A stretch of DNA of 61,658 bases, the filler included. It is 6 parts of 6 records of this genome, joined end to end, with 100 filler letters (N's around TTAATTAATTAA, not from the genome) between each part and the next. Parts side by side here need not be neighbours in the genome. Positions count along the whole stretch, not along the records: positions 32,048 to 56,326 come from DRR723986_101111; positions 56,427 to 61,658 come from DRR723986_102714; 4 more parts are not named here. One strand, written 5' to 3'. A program made the translations under genes and the position numbers. Under the pieces are notes generated by a model that saw only the letters and a list, made by a program, of their open reading frames with translations, was not told the DNA's origin and did no database searches. Position 1 is the first letter of the stretch; every line of letters begins with the position of its first letter. Positions 52,412-61,658 of this stretch are shown one piece after another.

Positions 52412-53281
52412 ATGATTTTAGCAGAAGGAATGCTTAAACCGGGAGCATTGAAAGGCAAAAATATTATTATAACTGGCGGAGGAACAGGACTTGGTAGATC
52501 CATGGGAGAGTATTTTTTAGAACTGGGGGCCAATCTGGTAATCACTTCTAGAAAGCTTGATGTACTGAAAGAAACTGCTCAAGAAATGATGGCTGCAAAA
52601 GGAGGGAAGGTGATCCCGCTGGCATGTGATGTGAGGGAAATTGAACAAGTGGAAGCTATGTGGCTAGATGCTACTGAGCAATTAGGGCAAATTCATGTTG
52701 TATTGAACAACGCTGCTGGCAATTTCATCAGTCCTACAGAGCGGCTTTCAACTAATGCTTTTAATACTGTTTTGGACATTGTGTTGAAAGGTACTTCCCA
52801 AGTGACTCTTACAGCGGGTAAAGATTGGATCGCAAAAAAGCAGTCTGGTACATTCCTAAATATTGTCACTACATATGCTTGGACAGGTTCAGGTTATGTT
52901 GTTCCATCTGCTGCAGCCAAGGCGGGAGTACTAGCTATGACACGTTCTTTGGCTGTAGAGTGGGCAAAATATGGTATTCGATCTAATGCCATCGCTCCAG
53001 GTCCATTCCCTACCGAAGGAGCATGGAGTCGTTTACTTCCGGGAGATTTGGTTAAGAAATTTGACCCCGCTAAGAAAGTGCCCGTCGGAAGAGTTGGGGA
53101 GCATCAGGAGTTAGCTAATCTAGCTGCTTATTTAGTTTCTGATTATTCCAGCTATGTAAATGGTGAAGTAATGACTATCGATGGTGGGGAATGGCTGAAA
53201 GGTGCAGGCGAGTTTAATAATCTCGATCAAATACCTGAAGAAATGTGGGATATGATGGAAGCCTCAAGAGGAAAAAAGTAA
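52412..53281 (+). CDS. SDR oxidoreductase, 2,4-dienoyl-CoA reductase-like
   Basis: TGGGTGLG, NNAAGNF, SAAAKAG and LAVEW. Confidence 0.9.
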   Translation: MILAEGMLKPGALKGKNIIITGGGTGLGRSMGEYFLELGANLVITSRKLDVLKETAQEMMAAKGGKVIPLACDVREIEQVEAMWLDATEQLGQIHVVLNNAAGNFISPTERLSTNAFNTVLDIVLKGTSQVTLTAGKDWIAKKQSGTFLNIVTTYAWTGSGYVVPSAAAKAGVLAMTRSLAVEWAKYGIRSNAIAPGPFPTEGAWSRLLPGDLVKKFDPAKKVPVGRVGEHQELANLAAYLVSDYSSYVNGEVMTIDGGEWLKGAGEFNNLDQIPEEMWDMMEASRGKK

Positions 53282-53283
53282 TG

Positions 53284-53352
53284 AGCCCCAAAGTGATTTG
53301 GGGCTATTTAAAAGCAAAATGGAAGATCAGGAAACTTTAAGTTCCTGGTCTT
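53284..53352. terminator. Two tandem hairpins between convergent genes
   Basis: AGCCCCAAA-GTGA-TTTGGGGCT (53284-53305) and AAGATCAGGAA...TTCCTGGTCTT (53323-53352). Confidence 0.7.
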
Positions 53353-53358
53353 TTTTGG

Positions 53359-54426
53359 TTAAAATGGAGAAGAATTTGCCTCATTTGATAAATCATTTTC
53401 GATGGACTTATTTTTTTGAACAGATTCCTTGATGCTTTTTTTGAGCGACTGATCCAATAATTTTGTTTCTTTTTTAATGAGCTGCACAAGCCTTTTAGAT
53501 TCATCGTTTTGGGGCTCACTATCCAATATTTCAAGTATGCCTAGAATATTTGCTACTCGTGCGCGAAGCGTATGAGACTGTTCAAATGCAAGTTCTTTCA
53601 AGAAGTAGTGGTGCTCTTTAAGCCAGATTTCCTGTTTTTTTCGATCTGTAATATCCAAAATGCAGCCTAAAATTTTGGTGGGGTGACCAGTAGTTGACCA
53701 TTCAATAGTCTTACCAAACCCTAAAGCCCAAATAGTCTGATTTGATTTTTGGTTGATCCTGAATTCCTTTTTGAAAGGAATATTACCCGCAGTCTTAAAA
53801 TGATTACCTAAATCAATTAATAAGTTTGGGAAGTCCTCGGGATGAATATGTTTTTGCCATGAAATAGGAGTACTTCCCATCAATTCATCTTGGGTGTAGC
53901 CGAGCATTTGCCCCAGACCTTGGCTTATTTTATCTCCTTTTTTGGACACATCAAACTCCCAAAAACCAAGTAGTTTATCCTCTAAAATGCTGTCAATAAT
54001 TTCTTTTCCCTCATTGGTAGCGCTATCAAAGAAATCTCCTAAACCTAAATTGTAAGGCATAGGTTGGGAAACTGGATGACCTATCCCCAAGCAAGTACCA
54101 AAATCTTCACTTATAAAAAAGAATTCCCATTTTGTATCAACCAAGTCGCCTCTAGGATGTACAATTTTTTGAAGGTCAACAATAAAAGATTGATGAGAGT
54201 TTTTCCAAGCTTTTATTCTCTGGTTCTCATATTTCCCCCAATTAGATGCAACAAAGCAATCAGAAAAATAGATTGGTTTTTCTTTATTGTCGAAAAAAGT
54301 CGGTATTGGACCAATGCCAGAATCAGATGTAATGACCCGCCCAGTCTTGTCCAAGGTAACTTGAAGAAAGTACTCGGATACTATAGCTAGCTGACTGAGG
54401 CCTTTAATGGCATCGTAATCGTTCAT
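53359..54426 (-). CDS. PAS domain protein ending in a HisKA-like helix, no ATPase domain
   Basis: G.WE.D, MLGY, W...IHPED, G...DIT.RK and QSH.LRA.VANILG. Confidence 0.8.
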   Translation of the reverse strand: MNDYDAIKGLSQLAIVSEYFLQVTLDKTGRVITSDSGIGPIPTFFDNKEKPIYFSDCFVASNWGKYENQRIKAWKNSHQSFIVDLQKIVHPRGDLVDTKWEFFFISEDFGTCLGIGHPVSQPMPYNLGLGDFFDSATNEGKEIIDSILEDKLLGFWEFDVSKKGDKISQGLGQMLGYTQDELMGSTPISWQKHIHPEDFPNLLIDLGNHFKTAGNIPFKKEFRINQKSNQTIWALGFGKTIEWSTTGHPTKILGCILDITDRKKQEIWLKEHHYFLKELAFEQSHTLRARVANILGILEILDSEPQNDESKRLVQLIKKETKLLDQSLKKSIKESVQKNKSIENDLSNEANSSPF

Positions 54427-54731
54427 CTTGTAAATTTAAAGAATCCTCAGGTTATAAACTTCAAAATACAAATATATTTATATGAAATACATAAAAATAC
54501 ATTTATTCATCCAAAAACGTTAAAAAGGTTACTTAGTGTCCTGTTTTTCAAACATAGTTTCAAGCGCCCCTAAATGGGGTAAAGTGGATAAATATAGTAG
54601 CAGAGATTCAATTGATTTTTCTAGTTTTACAGAAAATGCTAAATATTTATTAGATCATTGATTGATGATTTCCATTTTGTATTCATTTCTTTATATTTAA
54701 TATTAATTTTTAACTAAACTATACAGTTCGT

Positions 54732-55463
54732 ATGATAAGGAAAATTTGTTTTGGGGCCATATTGATCTTCTTAGGTCATCTAGCTCAAGCCCAAGAGAAA
54801 AAAATGGATACCACAGCATTAATGATTTTGGATAAAATGAGTGGTATGTTTGGTGAGTTGGGTTCAGTAGGATTTACCTCGAAAGTTTCAAAGGACGTTG
54901 CTTATGCTGATGATTTTTTTATAAAAGAATTTAGTTCAAGTACTGTGAAATTTGTTGGTCCTGATAAGTTTTATGTTCGTGTGACAGGCGAAAAAAGGGA
55001 AGACCTATATTCTTACAATGGATCTCAGGTCATTTATTATTCTTTTGCCAATAATATATATACTGTTGCTGATGCTCCTAGTAATTTAATAGAAACAATA
55101 GATTGGCTATATCAAGATTTTGGTGTGGAACTCACCACGGCAGATCTCTTTTATCCGACTTTTTCCAAGGATTTTGTAGATGAAATGGATTATATCGAGT
55201 TTATGGGTGTCACTCATATCGATAATCAGCGGGCATTTCATATTGGTGCGGCGAATGAGCATGTCACCATCCAACTATGGATCTCTGACGATGGGTTTTA
55301 CCTTCCGATGAAAACAGTTCTAACGTATTTAGATGGAGCTCAATCTCATCAGCATGAGACAGATTTTTCAAATTGGGAATTAAATACTGTTTACCCTGAA
55401 TCTATGTTTGATTTTTTGCCGCCTCCAGGAGCAAGACAGATTACATGGATTAAAAAGGATTAA
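54732..55463 (+). CDS. DUF2092 family periplasmic protein
   Basis: Signal peptide; PDK..V, Y.G.....Y...N.Y...AP, ADL.Y, Q.WI and F.F.PP.GA..I. Confidence 0.8.
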   Translation: MIRKICFGAILIFLGHLAQAQEKKMDTTALMILDKMSGMFGELGSVGFTSKVSKDVAYADDFFIKEFSSSTVKFVGPDKFYVRVTGEKREDLYSYNGSQVIYYSFANNIYTVADAPSNLIETIDWLYQDFGVELTTADLFYPTFSKDFVDEMDYIEFMGVTHIDNQRAFHIGAANEHVTIQLWISDDGFYLPMKTVLTYLDGAQSHQHETDFSNWELNTVYPESMFDFLPPPGARQITWIKKD

Positions 55464-55481
55464 ATCATAAAATCGAACGAA

Positions 55482-56326
55482 ATGAAAACATATAAAATAA
55501 AATTAGTAGCACTAGCTATTGGGATTTTTGCCTTGCTTGTTTTGCCAGATATGGCAGAGGCACAGCGCATGAGAGGAGCAGCCGCAGGAAGAGGTGGTGC
55601 TAGACCCACTACAACTCGTCAGGCACCTTCTAGGACGCCGAGTAGAACGGTTTCCCGACCTACACAATCTAGACAAACCAGCCGTCCGGCAGTAAATAAG
55701 GCCTCAAACTCCAGTTCAAGATCCACTGTAAATGGAGGATCAAGTCGAGTGACTAATAAAACTACGAACAACAGTAAAGTTGCCAATATCAAGGATAATA
55801 AAGTTGGGAATAACTCAGGAAATAATATTGGAAATAAGGCGAATATTGGGAATAAGGTGAACATTGATAATAGTAAGGATGTGAACATCAATGTCAATAA
55901 TAGCAGGAACAATATCAATGTAAGGAATAATCGAAACGTTGGATATCGTCCGCCTTATCGACCTTATCCACGACCACCCGTGATCTGGGGCGGTTTTGGT
56001 TTCTCTTGCTTTAGACCTTACTATTACCATCCTTTCAGGCCATTTTATTGGGGGCCAATGTGGCATCCCTGGGGTTTCTTCATCGCTACTTTAGCAACTA
56101 CGGCGATCATAGTGTCTGTGGAAAATCAAAAATATCACTACGATGAAGGTGTTTTCTATGAAGAAGCTGATGGTGGCTATGTTGTTGTGGAAGCTCCTCA
56201 AGGTGCTACGGTGAAAGTTATTCCAAGTGATGCGCAAACGGTAGAAGTCAGCCCTACTGTGAATAATTATTATTATGGAGGTACTTACTATGAGAAAGAA
56301 AATGGAGAATATACCGTAGTGGCTCC
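55482..56326 (+). CDS. Secreted low-complexity protein with DUF6515-like C-terminus (3'-truncated)
   Basis: Signal peptide, R/S/T-rich then N-rich tracts, P/Y/W-rich segment, Y.Y..G.FY....GYVVV.AP.GA. Confidence 0.75.
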
Positions 56327-56426
56327 NNNNNNNNNNNNNNNNNNNNNNNNNNNNNNNNNNNNNNNNNNNNTTAATTAATTAANNNNNNNNNNNNNNNNNN
56401 NNNNNNNNNNNNNNNNNNNNNNNNNN
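56327..56426. other. Artificial contig spacer
   Basis: 44 N + TTAATTAATTAA + 44 N. Confidence 0.98.
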
Positions 56427-56428
56427 AA

Positions 56429-56456
56429 AAGCGTACCGCAGGTAGACGCGCTCAAG
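56429..56456 (+). repeat. 28-bp inverted repeat, left copy
   Basis: AAGCGTACCGCAGGTAGACGCGCTCAAG; its reverse complement matches 61554-61581 at 26/28. Confidence 0.85.
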
Positions 56457-56492
56457 CCGCCTGAATATTAGGTTCAGGTGTTCTGCAATACA

Positions 56493-59400
56493 TCATTGTG
56501 TTTTAACAAATGTTAATGTGTGGCGCTTACCCAGAACGTCCAATTCAATGAAGTAGACACCCACCGCCACCGTGTTAAGGTCGATTGTAATATCAACACA
56601 ATTGGCGCCAAGCCCGCTGTATTGAATGCCAAGCGATTGCTGAATCTGAACGCGCGCATCAATTGACTGGCCGAGCGAGTTAAACAAACGCACCTGCGGC
56701 TCAGCAGTGGACGGTGTGCGCGAATGCAAGAAACGCAGGTTAACCAGATTTTGGGCCGGGTTGGGCCAGGGAACACCAATCGCTATGCCATGTTCGAGAA
56801 AGTCCCGCACGGTGTTGACATTGTTTAAACCACATTCCAACGGAGTCGAAACCGGCTCGTCCTGGAGGCGTCCCAGGAGCGGAACTTCCAGCTGCGTGCA
56901 GTCCGTGCCAACAATTAAGGTGTCGCTGTAGTCGCCCAGCTGGTCCGGCGTCCAGCAGATTTGCAGCGTGCGCCTGGCCTCGGGCTCGATTTCGAAGGGG
57001 AACTGTTCCTCGGGAACCGTAAAATACAGGTTTTGTTTAAAATCGGCACGTTCCAGAACGATGCTGTGATAGGGTGAACTATTGCGAAATTCAAGTTCAC
57101 GGCAGACAGTTTCGGTCGTGTTAACTGCGTTAAAGTTCAGTTCACGCGCGTTTGACAGTTGCAGGTCTGTGTTACGAACTCCGCGATTGGCCCAGAAGCG
57201 TTGTTGTGAAAGGCAGCTGGTCGCAGGATTAAGAATCGTTAACACATATTCGCGTGGCTCCCTGTCCAGAACCGTGGGGTTCGGAATATTGGGATTTGAC
57301 AGGGCCGTCGGCGGTCCCCAGGTATATATAAAGGTCGAAGGGCCGATTCCGCCGATTTGTCCACCGGTCTGGCCATCACATGGAGCGTTAATGTTAAGTG
57401 GCGTAACGCGCGGATTGGGCGCTACCAACAAAGTATCTACAGCCATCTCTGTAATGCCGCATGCGTCCGTATATTCAAGTGTAATTTCGTGCGCGCCGGC
57501 AGTCAGGAGTTTAAACTCAGGCCGCATATCTGTTGATGTCTGTGGATCGGCATTCGGGCCAAAATTCCAGTTGTACTCAGCTTGCGGATCGAATTCGCGA
57601 TTTGCCGTCAGGGCCAACTCTGGCTCCTCAATACAGACCGCGCGGTAAGGATGTTGAATAACAAGCGCTTCGGCCTGCTCACCATCGCAGCATTCACGGA
57701 ATGTAACGCTTACAGTTTGTAGCGAGGTACAAGTATTGCCGATCCGCGCAATCACGTTGTAAAGATACACTCCCGGGTCCTGTCCTTCAGGGGCCGTAAG
57801 GATTGGATTCGGACAGTCGGTGCACGAAAGCCCCACAGGCGGCGACCATTCGTAGGTATCACCACCGGAGGCCTGCAGTTGAAATGAATCGCCAATGCAC
57901 AAGGTGCCGGGATCATTAACTTCCAGCGGAGCAAAGGAAACTACGCGGATGTCTTTGTTAACTTCTATCAGACAGTCCGCGTCAATAACCATTAAACCAA
58001 GGGTATGCCGGCCAAGTTCGGTGAACTCTAATTCGGTCTCTGCCGCGCGGCTGATAACACGTCCGTTAAGATTCCATTCTATGCGCGCGTCTGGTCCGGC
58101 ACCAGTAACAAGCAGGTCAAGTGTCGTATTCAGGCAGGTAGCTGCAGGCAATGCAAAGTCGGGATTACTTTGACTCTCACAGCAAAGGTTTATCTCTTCC
58201 AGGGGAGTGACAGCCGTGAGTTGCGGGGTTCGTTCCACATTCTCAGAACTTGTAACTGCCCTGTGATTCAAATCACCTGCGGGCCAAACGGCAGTGCTGA
58301 CGCCCAGGATATCCTGGCTTTGACTTGCAAATGCCAGGGCATCACAGTTTAACAGGTTGGCATCTGTGCGCACAAAAAAATGGTCCTCTTCACCAAAACC
58401 GCGCGGATGGTCTTGTGTCCAGCCGGCCAGGCTAATTCCATCGTCATGCACAATGATATTGCTGACGTGACCATTTATGTACGTGTAGGCCTTGCCGACG
58501 TCACCATCGGCGTTTAACTGCAGCACATTGCTTATGTAGCGGTCGTTTACAGTTGCATTTTGGTCAGTGATGTAAATGTTGTCATCGTCATCAACAGCCA
58601 TGCGGAAAGTATCCCAGCTAAGACCACTGGCGCCGCGCTGCGCAAGGCGTGTATAATTTTTACTCCAGATAGGAACTCCGTCCTGATCCAGGCGCACGAG
58701 AAACATTTGATCGCTGTCATTTGTAATACCGCAGATCACATAACTGCCGTCGGAGAGCATCACCAGCTTATTATATAGCGTCGCCGAAGCACCCGGCACA
58801 GTTAATGATCGGGCCCAAAGCAACGCACCGTCGGTCGATACTTCACCGATAAAAAATGGCGGCTGCGTGCCCAAACTGACTCCGCAAAACAGGACACCGC
58901 CACTGGGAGTTGCGATTGCATCGGTTAACTGATCGTCTCCGCCGAGGTCCAGCTCCTGTTTCCAGACAACATTGCCATCGTAGTCGTATTTCACGAAGAG
59001 TACATCTTCGCCGCTGATGCCGTCACTCCAGCCGGTTAGAATCACAGATTCGTCGCTGGATTTTGTCATGCGATTCTGATGTTCGCGGCCGACCAGCTCC
59101 AGCTCGCGCATCCACATTAAATTGCCATCTTCGGAAACGCGGAACATCGCGTAATTGCGCCGGCTGGCATCTGAGGCATTAACAATCCCGCCCACAAGCA
59201 TCGAACGGTCATGTAACAATTGCACACCATGTCCACGCATTTCAAAATCGAGAACATATTCGCTGATAGCGCTGCCGGCAGCGTCGAGCCTGCCCAAACG
59301 CATTTGACCGACAAATCCGTCCGCCCATGCATACTCTTTCAGTTCAGGGTTGTAGTCGAGTGAGAATTGCAGGTTGGTCTCTGCATTTCCACGAATTTTT

Positions 59401-61373
59401 GTTAACCCACCGGCCACAACCGGCGGATCGTTTTCGTCAATGTTAACCGGCACACGGCCTTCGGCAATGCCGTCACAGAGTTCGTTGGAAACACTGATTA
59501 ACAAATAGTCGGTATCGCTCAGCGGATTAACGCGAATATAGTATGGGCTGCGTGTGATGTTGTCAATCTGAAAACTCTCGGCTTTGCTGCCATATTCGAT
59601 AGACCATGGAGGTGTTCCGGTCAGGTCCACGCGCATCACTGCTCCAAAGCCGGTTACGTGTTCGCTTTCCAGCACCATCAGTGCCGACACCTGCTCAATT
59701 GTTACAGCTTCCAGGAGTGTGGCCTGGCTCTGGGTGGCAGAGTTTCTGACTGTCAGGCCCACGTCATAGTTGCCGGGTAGCGCATATGTTACAACCGGAT
59801 CTTTATCCTGCGAAGTTGCGGGGGTACCGCCGGGGAAACTCCACTCGTACTCCAGCTCACCTGTACCGCTGGAGAGGTTCCGGAACCGGACTTCAGCGCC
59901 AGGACAGTACACAGATTGAGCGGCCTCAAATTCGGCAGTCACTTCCTGGGAAAGACAGGCCATCGCTGCGCGTGCATTAATCAGACCGGCACCCAGCTGA
60001 CCCGCATATTCAGGATTCTGTGCATCGATATCAACACAACTGTTTAACAGACATTCGCGCAGCTCCGCCGGCGTGGCGTTTACGCGGTGGGAGAGCATTA
60101 ATCCGGCCAGGCCCGCCACCAGCGGACATGCCATCGACGTACCGGTTTTGTAGCTGTAGATATCGCGGTTCCAGCCCAGGCTGTAAATGTTTGTGCCCGG
60201 AGCCATCAGGTCCACGTGCTGTCCGTAATTCGAATACGCGGCGCGAATGCCACCCGGATCTGTAGCGCCCACGCTCAGAACATTGTCGTATGCGGCGGGG
60301 TACATCGGAATCGGGCTATTAACATTTCCGGCGGCGGCAATCAGCAAGATGCCGCGCGCGTATGCCGCCTGCACCAGCAAAGCATAGGTTTCCGAGTATT
60401 CGGTGCTGCCCCAGGACATGGAGATAATATCCGCTCCGGCGGCAATCGCATATTGAATACCTTCCAGCCCGCGCGAAAACTGACTGTGCCCGCGTCCGTT
60501 CACGACGGCTCTAACCGGAATAATGCTAATTCCATGACCGATCGAGGCAATTCCGCGGCCGTTATCTGTTTGCGCCGCAGCTATTCCGGCACAATGTGAT
60601 CCGTGGTCAAAAGTGTTTTCACTTACCGTAGCCAGTAGGACATTATTGGGTCTGTTGGTGGCAACGTTAAAACCGCGAATGTCATCAACATAACCATTGC
60701 CGTCATCATCAATCAGGTTGTTCGGAATCTCATCTGGGTTGATCCAATACACGCTGCCCATGTCTTCATGGATCACAAAAGCATCGTCGATAATCGCAAT
60801 TTTAACATCGCTATCACCGGTGCTGATATCCCAGGCAGCTTCGGCTTCAATTTCGCGCAGATGCCATTGTTCCGGCTGCAGGTCGTCCGGTGTTTCAAAC
60901 AGCACATTTTGCGGCACTGTTTCGGCGTAGACCGTCAGCTCGTGTTGTTTGAGTTTAACAATCGCTGCCTGCGCTTGTGCTTCGGTGGGGAAGGCAATTC
61001 GCCACACATTTTGCAGTGTTTCTTCCGGCAGTTTAAATGTCTTTTCCAGCGACGCGAAGTCATGTTCCCACAGGATCGTCATCACGTCACTCTGCAGTCT
61101 TTCGGCCTGAAATCTGGCATTCACCTGGTCCGGTGAATTCTTCGGCGCGCGGTATTCATTTTGTTGGCTGACGTCCCGGCTAAACTTCACGTAAATATCG
61201 AAGCTGGGTTGGGCGGCTGCCGACTGGAGGTTGAGGCCAAAAAGCAGCATTGCAAATAGCGTCCCCGCCAAAAAGTTACGAGCGCAAAAATTCAGAATTG
61301 TTGGTTTTAGCTGATGTTTGTAGTTGCTTTCACAAACGCGGAAATGGCTGCCTGTAGCAGTAGGAGTTGTCAT
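56493..61373 (-). CDS. S8 (subtilisin) peptidase with PKD domains, propeller-like repeats and T9SS C-terminal sorting domain
   Basis: Triad IAIIDD / HGSHCAG / GTSMACP; PKD (YEWSFPGG.P.TS...P.V.Y..PG.Y.V.L.V); C-terminal WPNPA...GVYF...FVK. Confidence 0.92.
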   Translation of the reverse strand: MTTPTATGSHFRVCESNYKHQLKPTILNFCARNFLAGTLFAMLLFGLNLQSAAAQPSFDIYVKFSRDVSQQNEYRAPKNSPDQVNARFQAERLQSDVMTILWEHDFASLEKTFKLPEETLQNVWRIAFPTEAQAQAAIVKLKQHELTVYAETVPQNVLFETPDDLQPEQWHLREIEAEAAWDISTGDSDVKIAIIDDAFVIHEDMGSVYWINPDEIPNNLIDDDGNGYVDDIRGFNVATNRPNNVLLATVSENTFDHGSHCAGIAAAQTDNGRGIASIGHGISIIPVRAVVNGRGHSQFSRGLEGIQYAIAAGADIISMSWGSTEYSETYALLVQAAYARGILLIAAAGNVNSPIPMYPAAYDNVLSVGATDPGGIRAAYSNYGQHVDLMAPGTNIYSLGWNRDIYSYKTGTSMACPLVAGLAGLMLSHRVNATPAELRECLLNSCVDIDAQNPEYAGQLGAGLINARAAMACLSQEVTAEFEAAQSVYCPGAEVRFRNLSSGTGELEYEWSFPGGTPATSQDKDPVVTYALPGNYDVGLTVRNSATQSQATLLEAVTIEQVSALMVLESEHVTGFGAVMRVDLTGTPPWSIEYGSKAESFQIDNITRSPYYIRVNPLSDTDYLLISVSNELCDGIAEGRVPVNIDENDPPVVAGGLTKIRGNAETNLQFSLDYNPELKEYAWADGFVGQMRLGRLDAAGSAISEYVLDFEMRGHGVQLLHDRSMLVGGIVNASDASRRNYAMFRVSEDGNLMWMRELELVGREHQNRMTKSSDESVILTGWSDGISGEDVLFVKYDYDGNVVWKQELDLGGDDQLTDAIATPSGGVLFCGVSLGTQPPFFIGEVSTDGALLWARSLTVPGASATLYNKLVMLSDGSYVICGITNDSDQMFLVRLDQDGVPIWSKNYTRLAQRGASGLSWDTFRMAVDDDDNIYITDQNATVNDRYISNVLQLNADGDVGKAYTYINGHVSNIIVHDDGISLAGWTQDHPRGFGEEDHFFVRTDANLLNCDALAFASQSQDILGVSTAVWPAGDLNHRAVTSSENVERTPQLTAVTPLEEINLCCESQSNPDFALPAATCLNTTLDLLVTGAGPDARIEWNLNGRVISRAAETELEFTELGRHTLGLMVIDADCLIEVNKDIRVVSFAPLEVNDPGTLCIGDSFQLQASGGDTYEWSPPVGLSCTDCPNPILTAPEGQDPGVYLYNVIARIGNTCTSLQTVSVTFRECCDGEQAEALVIQHPYRAVCIEEPELALTANREFDPQAEYNWNFGPNADPQTSTDMRPEFKLLTAGAHEITLEYTDACGITEMAVDTLLVAPNPRVTPLNINAPCDGQTGGQIGGIGPSTFIYTWGPPTALSNPNIPNPTVLDREPREYVLTILNPATSCLSQQRFWANRGVRNTDLQLSNARELNFNAVNTTETVCRELEFRNSSPYHSIVLERADFKQNLYFTVPEEQFPFEIEPEARRTLQICWTPDQLGDYSDTLIVGTDCTQLEVPLLGRLQDEPVSTPLECGLNNVNTVRDFLEHGIAIGVPWPNPAQNLVNLRFLHSRTPSTAEPQVRLFNSLGQSIDARVQIQQSLGIQYSGLGANCVDITIDLNTVAVGVYFIELDVLGKRHTLTFVKTQ

Positions 61374-61553
61374 AGATTGTGTTGTTACATCTTTAGTGAA
61401 TGCAGGAATTCACGTAGAGCATGGGCCGTTCAACTGGGGGATTGGGCCACGGGGAGGGTATGTGCCGGCGTGCCTGCCGACCGCATCTACACCTGCAAAG
61501 TACGAGAATTTGGTCAAAGTGACAACTCCATGCAGCTTCCGGACTTATGGGAT

Positions 61554-61581
61554 CTTGACCGCGTTTACCTGCGGTACGCTT
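61554..61581 (-). repeat. 28-bp inverted repeat, right copy
   Basis: CTTGACCGCGTTTACCTGCGGTACGCTT. Confidence 0.85.
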
Positions 61582-61658
61582 AATGAGTTTCTTGGTAGTT
61601 GTTGAGCGCGCAGCCGCGGGTCTTGAATGCATCAGAGGTGTATAAAATGAGCTCACAG

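Noticed and set aside
61314-61583. Plus-strand ORF running through the right inverted repeat (LDRVYLRYA)
   Set aside because: Overlaps the S8 start on the opposite strand, and the left copy has no start codon in the equivalent frame, so a coding role is unsupported

Overview
The window is not one locus. It holds six unrelated contigs joined by 100-bp artificial spacers (44 N + TTAATTAATTAA + 44 N). A (1-5322): Bacteroidota/FCB-like accessory DNA with an ABM monooxygenase, a VOC protein, an AraC regulator plus a degenerate 5' duplicate of it, a T9SS-sorted protein and a 5'-truncated OmpA-like protein. B (5423-11289): high-GC actinobacterial core region (ftsK-pgsA-cinA-clgR-like-DUF3046-recA-recX, a serine-hydrolase-fold gene, miaB start). 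C (11390-18096): Cytophagales-like; the probable start of an extracellular contractile injection system (eCIS) operon, then a membrane protein, rbfA and a LolC/E permease. D (18197-31947): low-GC Flavobacteriales-like core (gldM start, gldL, gldK, porP, arginase-fold gene, topA, miaB, sigma-54 activator, lptE, secG, groES, groEL). E (32048-56326): Cytophagales-like mix (DinB/YafY, DHH, MNT-HEPN toxin-antitoxin, GT39, two-component system, slyD, lpxH, ftsH, rsfS, birA, ahcY, SDR, PAS, DUF2092). F (56427-61658): one large T9SS-secreted S8 peptidase flanked by a 28-bp inverted repeat. Best leads: the eCIS start with a candidate regulator, the inverted repeats around the S8 gene, a possible sigma-54 heat-shock circuit, and an MNT-HEPN pair coupled to a membrane gene. 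All family and taxon calls come from motif recognition by eye, not from database searches.
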